Both the position numbers and the translations under genes were made by a program. Below the pieces are notes generated by a model, which saw only the letters and a list, made by a program, of their open reading frames with translations, was not told where the DNA came from and did no database searches. Shown here one piece after another: positions 37,737 through 46,129 of a DNA stretch of 64,000 nucleotides (positions are counted from its first letter, which is position 1; every line of letters starts with the position of its first letter). The DNA comes from a virus, in IMG/VR virus record IMGVR_UViG_3300033146_000946, positions 83,062 to 147,061 of that record, one strand, 5' to 3'.

Positions 37737-39472
37737 AATCCCATTTCCTTAACAAATTGAGGTTTTTTATTACCAGAATAAGTTATATATAATCGTTCTT
37801 TTGCTCTAGTTATACCTACATAAAATAATCTACGTTCACTTTCAACCACATCAGCAACTCTCTCATCTAATTTCATTTTCCAATTAGCGAAAGGTATAAT
37901 GACCATTTCTGATTCTCCACCTTTAGCACCATGAATAGTTGATAACATTATTTTAGCATCTTCATTTTGTACTTCTTCTTTACCATCTAATCCAAAATTA
38001 TTACATAATTCTTTAATTGAATCAGTTGTTATTTCATAATCTTCAGCGATATCTATTAAAAAATCAGAAATAGCTTGAGGTACATCAAATGATTTAATCA
38101 TATAATCTGGAAAGATTTTTAATAATTCATCTAATGATTTATTTTTTTCAGCTAATTTACAAAATTCACTTTGTAATTTAAAAGCTTGTATCATTCCTCT
38201 TTTAATTTTTTTATTAGCATCAGCTAGTCGAGATACTTGAGAATAAAATGGTTCATCTTCTACAATAACATCGAACATATTTAATTGTGGTGAATCACTT
38301 ATACTTTCAACTATATTATTAGTTTTTTGTTTAATTAATTCAACAGTTGTAGTACCTAATGCTTTCATACCTTTAGCTGCAATTTCTAAATCATAAATAT
38401 CATAATCTTTTGCTGCTATTTTCATAATAGCAATATAAACTCGAAAAGCAGATCTATCAACTAATTCAGTAGAATCATTAACTGTGTAATTTAATCTTGC
38501 TTTTTTTAATTGATATTCTAATTGCATTTTATTAGTTCTATCACGATATAATATTAATATATCTCTATTTCTATTAGTTCTACATAAAGATACTATATAA
38601 TCTATTTCAGATAAAGGATGATTAGTTTGATAGACATGTACTATTCCATCTGTTTTATCATATGCTCTTAAATCTATTTTAGAATGAGTTATATTATGTT
38701 CAATAAGATTTCTTGAATATTTAACTATATTATTTTTAGATCTAAAATTTAATCCTAAATTAACAACATTACATTTAAATAATTTAATAAATTTATCAAC
38801 ATTTCGAGGTTTAGCTCCTCGAAATTCATATATAGCTTGTGACTTATCAGCAACACCAATCATATGAGATTCATAATTATAATATAATTGTTTTAAAAAT
38901 TCTAATTGTGCTAATGATGTATCTTGTAATTCATCAACTAAAATATGTGTATATGTAAATTCAGGTTGTTTTTCTTTAATAAATTCAATACCATTAAAAA
39001 TAATATCATCGAAATCGTACATATTATATTTTTCTAATTCGTTATTATATTGTTCAGTATATTCACATGATCTTTGAGGATAATTAGATTTTGTAATACT
39101 AATTTCATTTTTAATTCTTTCAAATTCAGACTTATCTTTTTTACAATCAAATATTTTTCTTATAATCATATTAGATTTATTTGTATCACAAATATTAAAA
39201 GATATTCCGTTTTGACGCATTAGTCTATAAGCAATTGAATGAAAGGTTCCACCTGAAATTCTATCAGAATTACCAGCTTTATCAATAATATCTTTTGCCG
39301 ATTTATTAGTAAAAGTAATTAATAATACTTTATTATTAGAATTTTGTTGTAATATTAATCTAGCTATTTCTGCAAGTGTTGTACTTTTACCACTTCCAGG
39401 ACCAGCCATAATATATGTATTTTGTTTTAGTGAGCTTTCTATAGCTTCTTGTTGTTCTTTAGTAAATTGCAT
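37733..39472 (-). CDS. uvrD: UvrD/PcrA superfamily 1 helicase
   Basis: AGPGSGKS, TFTNKSA, GTFHS, VDELQD, QAIYEFRGA, NFRS, STIHGAKG, ERRLFYVGITRAK. Confidence 0.95.
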   Translation of the reverse strand: MQFTKEQQEAIESSLKQNTYIMAGPGSGKSTTLAEIARLILQQNSNNKVLLITFTNKSAKDIIDKAGNSDRISGGTFHSIAYRLMRQNGISFNICDTNKSNMIIRKIFDCKKDKSEFERIKNEISITKSNYPQRSCEYTEQYNNELEKYNMYDFDDIIFNGIEFIKEKQPEFTYTHILVDELQDTSLAQLEFLKQLYYNYESHMIGVADKSQAIYEFRGAKPRNVDKFIKLFKCNVVNLGLNFRSKNNIVKYSRNLIEHNITHSKIDLRAYDKTDGIVHVYQTNHPLSEIDYIVSLCRTNRNRDILILYRDRTNKMQLEYQLKKARLNYTVNDSTELVDRSAFRVYIAIMKIAAKDYDIYDLEIAAKGMKALGTTTVELIKQKTNNIVESISDSPQLNMFDVIVEDEPFYSQVSRLADANKKIKRGMIQAFKLQSEFCKLAEKNKSLDELLKIFPDYMIKSFDVPQAISDFLIDIAEDYEITTDSIKELCNNFGLDGKEEVQNEDAKIMLSTIHGAKGGESEMVIIPFANWKMKLDERVADVVESERRLFYVGITRAKERLYITYSGNKKPQFVKEMGL

Positions 39473-39735
39473 TACATTAATCCTATTTTGAGAGAATAAT
39501 CTATTTCATTAATAGTCATATAAATATAAATTATACTATCCTGTTTTTTAACATCAAATTTATTAAAATTAGTATTTTGATGTTTTGTTAATATTATAAT
39601 TACATCATCAATAATATTATTTTTTATATTGTCATCCATATAAAGACCAATATATTTAAACTCTAATAAATCAAATATATCTTTTGATATAGATTTTAAT
39701 AATTCATTTGTTTTTGGTTTTCTTAAATTAATCAT
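39472..39735 (-). CDS. Hypothetical protein (starts MINLRK)
   Basis: 87 aa; coupled to uvrD. Confidence 0.65.
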   Translation of the reverse strand: MINLRKPKTNELLKSISKDIFDLLEFKYIGLYMDDNIKNNIIDDVIIILTKHQNTNFNKFDVKKQDSIIYIYMTINEIDYSLKIGLM

Positions 39736-39880
39736 TTATTTCATCCAAGAATAAAAGTTTATTCAATGTTGTTATATGTTTATTATTTTGTCTTCCAACT
39801 TTAACAGTCCAAATTTGAGTTTTTGTATTATAAGTAATTTTATTATTATTTAATTTATATTTAATCTTTCTTAGATTCAT
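39728..39880 (-). CDS. Small protein (starts MNLRKIKY)
   Basis: Internal ATG at 39880 of ORF 39728..39964. Confidence 0.6.
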   Translation of the reverse strand: MNLRKIKYKLNNNKITYNTKTQIWTVKVGRQNNKHITTLNKLLFLDEIND

Positions 39881-40253
39881 TTTGTTGTTCTTTTTCAAGA
39901 TAATATAAAAACATAGCGTTAACTGCGATGGCTGCCAGATGTTGTCCAAATGGATAATCTTCATCTGTTAATTGACCACTTAAATATTTTAACATATGTC
40001 TAAAAAGACTATTTTTAATTCTATCGATTTCTAATTTTTGCCAATTATAATCACCATGAACTTTAGCACCTTCAGTTAAAATATAAGCCATTTCTTCTAA
40101 AAATTCTGGATTAATTAATGCAGGTCTAATTTTACCAGCATCATTTTTAGTTCCACCTTTTTCATTTTTAGGCATTTCTTTTCTAAGTTTTTCAAAATAT
40201 TCTTTTGAAAAATGTTGTTTATTAAATTTTAAATCTTCTTTATCTTTTTCCAT
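39861..40253 (-). CDS. dATP/dGTP diphosphohydrolase domain protein (DUF5664-like)
   Basis: KNDAGKIRPALI, LTEGAKVHGDYNW, RH, HLAAIAVNAMFL. Confidence 0.85.
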   Translation of the reverse strand: MEKDKEDLKFNKQHFSKEYFEKLRKEMPKNEKGGTKNDAGKIRPALINPEFLEEMAYILTEGAKVHGDYNWQKLEIDRIKNSLFRHMLKYLSGQLTDEDYPFGQHLAAIAVNAMFLYYLEKEQQNESKKD

Positions 40254-40323
40254 AATTTCTCCTATTTATAAAAACAGGTTTGCTGCTCCCAAAATTTTTA
40301 AATTTATAATAAGAGCAACGCAC

Positions 40324-40521
40324 CTATACGACAGTTGTATTATGTCTATTAATAAAATCAGCAATACGATTATATGCTTCTTCATTAGTAAGTACATCAT
40401 GATGTAATCGACTAGGTTGTAAAGGTGATAATGTAATTTCACCACAAGGATTTTGTATTATTTTTGTTATTTTTTTTTTTGGTACATAATTTTGTTTATA
40501 TTTTATAAATCTTAAATTCAT
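40324..40521 (-). CDS. Small protein (starts MNLRF)
   Basis: 65 aa; ATGA overlap. Confidence 0.6.
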   Translation of the reverse strand: MNLRFIKYKQNYVPKKKITKIIQNPCGEITLSPLQPSRLHHDVLTNEEAYNRIADFINRHNTTVV

Positions 40522-40835
40522 ATCATATTTACCTTACCATGAATATCTAATTGTCGTTGATGATATAAAGTATGATATTCAGTAATATATTTTGGAATAT
40601 TCACATATTGTAAATCTTCCCGTGGTATAAAAACACATATTCTCCATTTAGAAGATTTATAATGATAATTTTTAGTTAAACCATAATATTTACCATTAGC
40701 ACTAGTTTGTATAATAAAAACTTCTGATGTATCTAATGTTTCATATTTAATTTTTAATGCTTTAATTAAAATATCAAATTCGTTTTTATATCTATTTTTT
40801 ATATTAAAAGTAATAGCTATTAATCTTAAATTCAT
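40518..40835 (-). CDS. Hypothetical protein (starts MNLRL)
   Basis: 105-aa ORF. Confidence 0.65.
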   Translation of the reverse strand: MNLRLIAITFNIKNRYKNEFDILIKALKIKYETLDTSEVFIIQTSANGKYYGLTKNYHYKSSKWRICVFIPREDLQYVNIPKYITEYHTLYHQRQLDIHGKVNMI

Positions 40836-40837
40836 AA

Positions 40838-41002
40838 TTATTCTTCAATATCATATATTTCTTCAAAATCATCAGGTATAATAAAACATTCAAATGTACC
40901 TTTACATGAATTACATTCAATTATAATATTTACACCACCATCTTGTTCTTGAATATTACTTTTATTAACAGGTATATTTTTATTACATTTTGGGCATTGC
41001 AT
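40838..41002 (-). CDS. Zinc-ribbon protein (54 aa, not in the ORF track)
   Basis: SD TAAGGAG; MQCPKC...ECNSC. Confidence 0.7.
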   Translation of the reverse strand: MQCPKCNKNIPVNKSNIQEQDGGVNIIIECNSCKGTFECFIIPDDFEEIYDIEE

Positions 41003-41012
41003 AATTTACTCC

Positions 41013-42161
41013 TTAATCATCTAATACAGATAAATCCAAATCATCATTATTGTCATCTTTAATATCATCAATTTCTTTATTAGCTAATTCTAAAAATTTT
41101 GGTTCTAATAAAGTTTCTAAATAATTAATAGCTTCATTAGGTAATCCTCTATTTTCACTTTCAATCATTTCTTTTAAACCCCGAGCTTTATATTCTATAT
41201 CATTTCCATCAGTATCTTTATAAATCACAGTTTTACCATCATGTAAACCTAAATCTTTAGCTATAGCTATAATATTAAATCTTTTATCAAATTTACCTTT
41301 ATAAAAATAACCTTTTAAAGTTAATCCTTTATATCTATTAGCACCTTTAATTTTATCGATTTTATATGTAACTACATAACTATGAGGTGGAAGTTTTGGA
41401 ACAGAATATGGCCATTGTGTTGCTGATTCTGATTTAGTCATTTTTACAATTAAATTACAATAATGTTTAATAGCATTACCACCAGTCATACCATCAAATG
41501 GCATACCGCCACCAATACCAGCTGTTCTAATTTGTGATACAAGCATAATAGATAAACCTGTATTTAAAGAAGTATACATTCTAAAAAATTGTGAATATAA
41601 TCTTGGAATAAGAGCCATTGTATTATCTGATACAGATTTAGTATCTTTACCTTTATATAATTCACCTTCAGGAGCTAAAGCTTGTAATGTATCAATAGTT
41701 AGAATATCAACAGGAACTTCCCCAGTCGCAGCTTTATTACACATATCTAATGATTGTTCTACAGTTTCAAATTCAGCAACTTGAATCTGATCAAATTTTA
41801 CACCAGCTTGATCCCAATAATTTCTATCCATAGTTTTTTCTTGATTCATATATAAATGAAAAGCGTCATATTCTTTTTGAGTATATGCAACCATATCTCT
41901 AATAAAAGTTGATTTACCAACTCCAGGACCACCATAGATAACATTTACTAAACCTTGAAAATTACCACCTGTTAATATATCATATGCTATATTACCAGTT
42001 TTATATTGTTCGATAATTCCAATATCTTCGTTTTCTGATAAAATACCAATTTTAACATTTGGATTATCTTCTAATTTATATTTTTTAATAAATGATTTAT
42101 TTGAACTTTTTATCTTTCTTTTCTTTTCAGCATTAGAAAGATTATTTTTTCTTAAAGACAT
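41013..42161 (-). CDS. recA: RecA/UvsX-like recombinase
   Basis: TGNIAYDILTGG, YGGPGVGKST, IDTLQAL, SQIR, GGNAIKHY; start MSLRK after GAGGAG. Confidence 0.88.
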   Translation of the reverse strand: MSLRKNNLSNAEKKRKIKSSNKSFIKKYKLEDNPNVKIGILSENEDIGIIEQYKTGNIAYDILTGGNFQGLVNVIYGGPGVGKSTFIRDMVAYTQKEYDAFHLYMNQEKTMDRNYWDQAGVKFDQIQVAEFETVEQSLDMCNKAATGEVPVDILTIDTLQALAPEGELYKGKDTKSVSDNTMALIPRLYSQFFRMYTSLNTGLSIMLVSQIRTAGIGGGMPFDGMTGGNAIKHYCNLIVKMTKSESATQWPYSVPKLPPHSYVVTYKIDKIKGANRYKGLTLKGYFYKGKFDKRFNIIAIAKDLGLHDGKTVIYKDTDGNDIEYKARGLKEMIESENRGLPNEAINYLETLLEPKFLELANKEIDDIKDDNNDDLDLSVLDD

Positions 42162-42678
42162 TATTATTCTCCTCAAAAAGATTATATTGACGATTATTTA
42201 TTTCTTCTAATTCTTTATTTAAAGATTCTTCTAATTCTTTAAATTTTTCATTATATTTTGATTTAATTGCATCTATAATTTTTATAGATCGTTTTATTAA
42301 TTTTTTATATTCGTATCGTTCTGTTTTAGATTTACATGATGATATATTTGATTCTACAAAACGCATCAATGACATACCTACGATAATATGAAGTACATCT
42401 TTAAATATAATACTATCTGGAATAGATAATAATTTTATTCCTTTATTTTCTGTTATAAATAAAGGAATCTTTTTTTGTAAATTAGCAGCATCAATTAATC
42501 TATCAATATCTTTACGCAATATAGAAATATTTTTAGTTTCTGAAAATTTACATTGTGTTATAGTAGATAAACCAATTACATCTTCTTCACCTTTTCCATT
42601 ACCTGAACCAGGAACAGTTTCAGCTTTATCTAATAACAATAATTCTGTCATTAGATCTTCAAGATTTTGCCATGACAT
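42142..42678 (-). CDS. Holliday-junction-resolvase-like nuclease
   Basis: VPGSGNG...EDV...QCK; KIPLF. Confidence 0.6.
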   Translation of the reverse strand: MSWQNLEDLMTELLLLDKAETVPGSGNGKGEEDVIGLSTITQCKFSETKNISILRKDIDRLIDAANLQKKIPLFITENKGIKLLSIPDSIIFKDVLHIIVGMSLMRFVESNISSCKSKTERYEYKKLIKRSIKIIDAIKSKYNEKFKELEESLNKELEEINNRQYNLFEENNNVFKKK

Positions 42679-42681
42679 AAT

Positions 42682-43002
42682 TTATCCTTTAACTAAATAT
42701 TTATATATTCCAAAATATTTACATAGTGTATAACCTGATTTAGCTAATTCATTTTTACTATCTTTTTTAAATGTATCTCTAAATTCAATTGCTATTTCTT
42801 TTATTTTATCAATATCTTCTTCATGCATTAATTCGATAACTTTTTTATTTAAAAAATCTCTACCAGTTGTTAAAGCATCATCAAAATTACATTCATTTTC
42901 AATTTGTAAAACTCGTACTAATTGAATTAATTGTGAATCTATAGCATTTGCTACATGACCAGAATTAATCGTAATATTGTCCATAAAATTCCTCATTTTC
43001 AT
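42682..43002 (-). CDS. Hypothetical protein
   Basis: ORF within the operon. Confidence 0.6.
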   Translation of the reverse strand: MKMRNFMDNITINSGHVANAIDSQLIQLVRVLQIENECNFDDALTTGRDFLNKKVIELMHEEDIDKIKEIAIEFRDTFKKDSKNELAKSGYTLCKYFGIYKYLVKG

Positions 43003-43237
43003 TTGGAGATAAAATAGTAGATATAGTATTAACTGTGGATTCTAATTCTGCCATTATATCTTGAATTTCTGATTTATTAGAATCATCTAATAATGTTATT
43101 TCTAATTGCAAAAATCCTAATGATTTAATTACATAATTTTTTAATTCTGTTATTCTTTCATCAGTACAATTATCATTATATTCTAATTTTACTGTATGTT
43201 TCATTTCAGAATTAGTTAATGATATTATTTGTTTCAT
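42965..43237 (-). CDS. Hypothetical protein
   Basis: 90 aa; SD GAGG. Confidence 0.6.
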   Translation of the reverse strand: MKQIISLTNSEMKHTVKLEYNDNCTDERITELKNYVIKSLGFLQLEITLLDDSNKSEIQDIMAELESTVNTISTILSPNENEEFYGQYYD

Positions 43238-43245
43238 ACTAACCT

Positions 43246-43839
43246 CTAGAATTCAATATCGTTAGAATCTATATCTACTGTTTTCTTTTTAGATTTTTTT
43301 AATAATTCTTTTGATTTTTTAATAGGTTCAATTGCTGTTGGAGTAATAACAGATAAATCTGATTTTTTAATCAAATCTTTTTTCTTATATTTTAAATATT
43401 CTTGATAACCTTGATATATTAATGATGATGTATCTGGATTAGATTCCAAATAAGTTTTTGCTCTATCATAATATTCTTCATCAGCTAAACCAAGTAAATA
43501 TTTAATTTTAAAATTTTCTTCTAATTCTTCTTTAGCATCTTCAAATGATACATCAATAATATCATTAACAATAAGTGTATCAGCGATCATATTTACAGCA
43601 GATAACTTAATTGTATCTTTAAATAATTTATTTAATTTGGTTGATGTTAAATTATCATCTTCCATAATTTGCTCAATATCTTCAGTAATATCGATATTTT
43701 TAATATGTTCATTAGCAATATTAATAAAAATTGGTGAGTTTATAATATTGTTAATATATACTTTATATAAAGAAGTATTTTTAAGTTCTTTAAATTTTTT
43801 AACATCATTTACTGAAATAGAATATTGTTTATTATTCAT
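43246..43839 (-). CDS. Hypothetical protein
   Basis: Likely start MNNKQY after GGAG. Confidence 0.65.
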   Translation of the reverse strand: MNNKQYSISVNDVKKFKELKNTSLYKVYINNIINSPIFINIANEHIKNIDITEDIEQIMEDDNLTSTKLNKLFKDTIKLSAVNMIADTLIVNDIIDVSFEDAKEELEENFKIKYLLGLADEEYYDRAKTYLESNPDTSSLIYQGYQEYLKYKKKDLIKKSDLSVITPTAIEPIKKSKELLKKSKKKTVDIDSNDIEF

Positions 43840-44221
43840 TATTTTCTCCATTTGATTTTTGTTTGTTTTTCCATTTTGTATGAGAATCTTCTTGTTGTTG
43901 TCTATGTTCATGCAACATTTTAGAATATTTACTGATTTCATTTTTATTTAGTTCAGTATAATAAATTCTCATAACATATAATTTATCACCAGATAAATCT
44001 AATACATCTGTATCTTTAAAATTAAAAGCGGTTATATAACCTCTTTCATTTTTTCTATCAACAACAACTGTTGTTTCTTCACATTCACCATTAGCGGCTA
44101 ATTGTAATAATTCATCTACTGATGAACATTCAAAAAATAATGTTGATCTTTCGCCAAGATGTTCTTTTGCCATTACTTGTAATGGCTTTGGTAAATTACC
44201 TTTATTTGTGATTTCTTGCAT
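43832..44221 (-). CDS. Hypothetical protein
   Basis: 129 aa; SD AGGAG. Confidence 0.7.
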   Translation of the reverse strand: MQEITNKGNLPKPLQVMAKEHLGERSTLFFECSSVDELLQLAANGECEETTVVVDRKNERGYITAFNFKDTDVLDLSGDKLYVMRIYYTELNKNEISKYSKMLHEHRQQQEDSHTKWKNKQKSNGENNE

Positions 44222-44472
44222 TATTTCTCCTGATATATTATTAGATAACTATAATTGTGATATGTATAATTTTGTAAAGGTTCATTACCTGAATAATCAT
44301 AACCATAATTAATATTATCTAATTGTTGTATTATATCTAATATAATTAATGTATTTTGATAATTGTTAATAAAATTTTTAATATCATCAATACTATAAAA
44401 TATATCAGATAATATAGGTTTATCTAAATTTTGAGCTGTTAGTTTTGGTAATGGAACTCGTCTTAAATTCAT
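44221..44472 (-). CDS. Small protein (starts MNLRR)
   Basis: 83 aa; ATGA overlap. Confidence 0.65.
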   Translation of the reverse strand: MNLRRVPLPKLTAQNLDKPILSDIFYSIDDIKNFINNYQNTLIILDIIQQLDNINYGYDYSGNEPLQNYTYHNYSYLIIYQEK

Positions 44473-45071
44473 GTAATAAATCCTTGTTTTCTATCAAAAT
44501 TTAATATGCTCCTATATTGATATTTATTACCTATTCTATATTTATCATATATATCAATATATTTTCTATTTAAAAATTTATTTGGTTCATTTACTTTACG
44601 AATCCATATCGAACAATCAAATAATAATCCATTAAATTGTTTATTCCATTCTTCTACAGTAGAATATGGTTTTGAATTATTTGGATTAATTCTTAATTGT
44701 GAAGTACATATAAGCTTTATATTATAATTACTTAATAATTTAATTAAATTATATAACTTATCCTTATTAAGAATATCTGCAGTATCTATAAATATATAAT
44801 CAAATATTGATAAATTTCTATTTATATTAGAAATATAATTCATAAAATCTTCATAAGATCCTTGAAAAATAAATACAAAATTATATATACCAAAATAATA
44901 TTTTTTTAAATATTCTCTGTTTAATTGATTACCAGTATCAAATAATAAAATTAATTTACTATTAATAGCTAATTCATTACATATATAATATAATAAATTT
45001 GTTGAACCTTCACCAGGTGCAGATGTTATTATTGTATTTTTATTTTCTATTGATGATATAAAATTAGACAT
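44469..45071 (-). CDS. RecA-like P-loop fold protein with degenerate Walker A
   Basis: SAPGEGST (no Lys), YIFIDTA, TSQLR. Confidence 0.6.
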   Translation of the reverse strand: MSNFISSIENKNTIITSAPGEGSTNLLYYICNELAINSKLILLFDTGNQLNREYLKKYYFGIYNFVFIFQGSYEDFMNYISNINRNLSIFDYIFIDTADILNKDKLYNLIKLLSNYNIKLICTSQLRINPNNSKPYSTVEEWNKQFNGLLFDCSIWIRKVNEPNKFLNRKYIDIYDKYRIGNKYQYRSILNFDRKQGFIT

Positions 45072-45087
45072 AAATATTCCTTATAAA

Positions 45088-45350
45088 TATAGAACAGGGT
45101 TATAGGAGACCCCTGTGAACTCCCCAGCTTACGATCTGGTCACTACATTTATTATAGAAGTGTATACCCTTCTTATAACAGGGAAGAATGAAGTTACGAT
45201 CTACTCGTCAGTAGCTAATTTAAAAAAAACCTTATGATTTGAGCTATTAAGAAGCTTATAAGGTGTTCTATAAAATAATCTACAAAAGGTTGCCATCCTT
45301 CTAAGGACTGAACTCAGTAATGGCTAATTACCTTATCAGTCTTATAGATT
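45088..45350 (-). ncRNA. Unclassified structured RNA (two domains, putative pseudoknots)
   Basis: GC-enriched ORF-free gap; multiple helices with G.U pairs favouring the minus strand. Confidence 0.6.
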
Positions 45351-45359
45351 TATATTTAT

Positions 45360-45560
45360 TTAACCAAGCTCATTATAAACTGGATCGGGATTCTCATAAA
45401 GATATCTTTCAGCAGTATCTTCTGTATGTTCAACAGTTCCAAGTGCCATTTCGATATCTTTAATGATATCACAACCTTCACCAATAAATCCACTTGTTTC
45501 AAAAGACATTACACCTGAACCATCTTTTTTAATTTTGATTTTTACTACTTCTTCTGCCAT
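45360..45560 (-). CDS. DUF2997-family protein
   Basis: IKIKKDG..FETSGFIGEGC..IEMALG...T.E.Y. Confidence 0.8.
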   Translation of the reverse strand: MAEEVVKIKIKKDGSGVMSFETSGFIGEGCDIIKDIEMALGTVEHTEDTAERYLYENPDPVYNELG

Positions 45561-45700
45561 TTTGACTTTCTCCTATTTTATTTTCAAAAATAAATTTTGT
45601 AATTTGTATTTGTTGAATTCTAATAATAATAATTAAATATGTATTAAATATTATTAATCCTAATATTAGAGCTAATAATATTATTATATACATATACATT

Positions 45701-46114
45701 TTAAGACCATCTTGTAAATGTATATTCAACTTCACCAGATGTATCATTAACTTCAGGATTCATTGTAAATCCTAGAGCCATGAGTCTATCATTAACTTCT
45801 TCTTTTTTAGCTTCTACTGTAAGAGTATTAGTAAGTTCTTGTGCACTAAGTCCACGAGCAAAATAATAATCTCCTGTACAAGTATATGTACCATCTTCTT
45901 GTTCTTGAATACCAATTTCGTCATTAGTATTATGACCATTAGGAAGTTCAGTAATTAAAATATCAACAGCACTTTTAGTAGATCCATAATATCCACGAGT
46001 TGTGAGTTTTTTACCTTCTTCTGCAACTTGAAATTTATATCCAAGATTTTTCAATGCTTTAATAATATATTCTTTATTATTAAGTTTTGTTTTAACGTCA
46101 GTTTTGTGGCTCAT
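45701..46114 (-). CDS. DUF1257 / Ycf35-like protein
   Basis: MSH...KTKL...ALKNLGY, RGYYG, IG...DGTY...GD. Confidence 0.8.
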   Translation of the reverse strand: MSHKTDVKTKLNNKEYIIKALKNLGYKFQVAEEGKKLTTRGYYGSTKSAVDILITELPNGHNTNDEIGIQEQEDGTYTCTGDYYFARGLSAQELTNTLTVEAKKEEVNDRLMALGFTMNPEVNDTSGEVEYTFTRWS

Positions 46115-46129
46115 ACCATTCTCCTTCTA

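Noticed and set aside
40324-40521. RNR remnant (contains NPCGEI)
   Set aside because: Six-residue match only, with no flanking similarity
45096-45170. tRNA or tmRNA
   Set aside because: Cloverleaf-like, but no TTC T-loop, 7-nt anticodon loop or CCA end; no tRNA recognised anywhere in the window
45190-45215. Hammerhead ribozyme (CUGACGAG on minus)
   Set aside because: The required GAAA reads GUAA and no convincing stems I and III form
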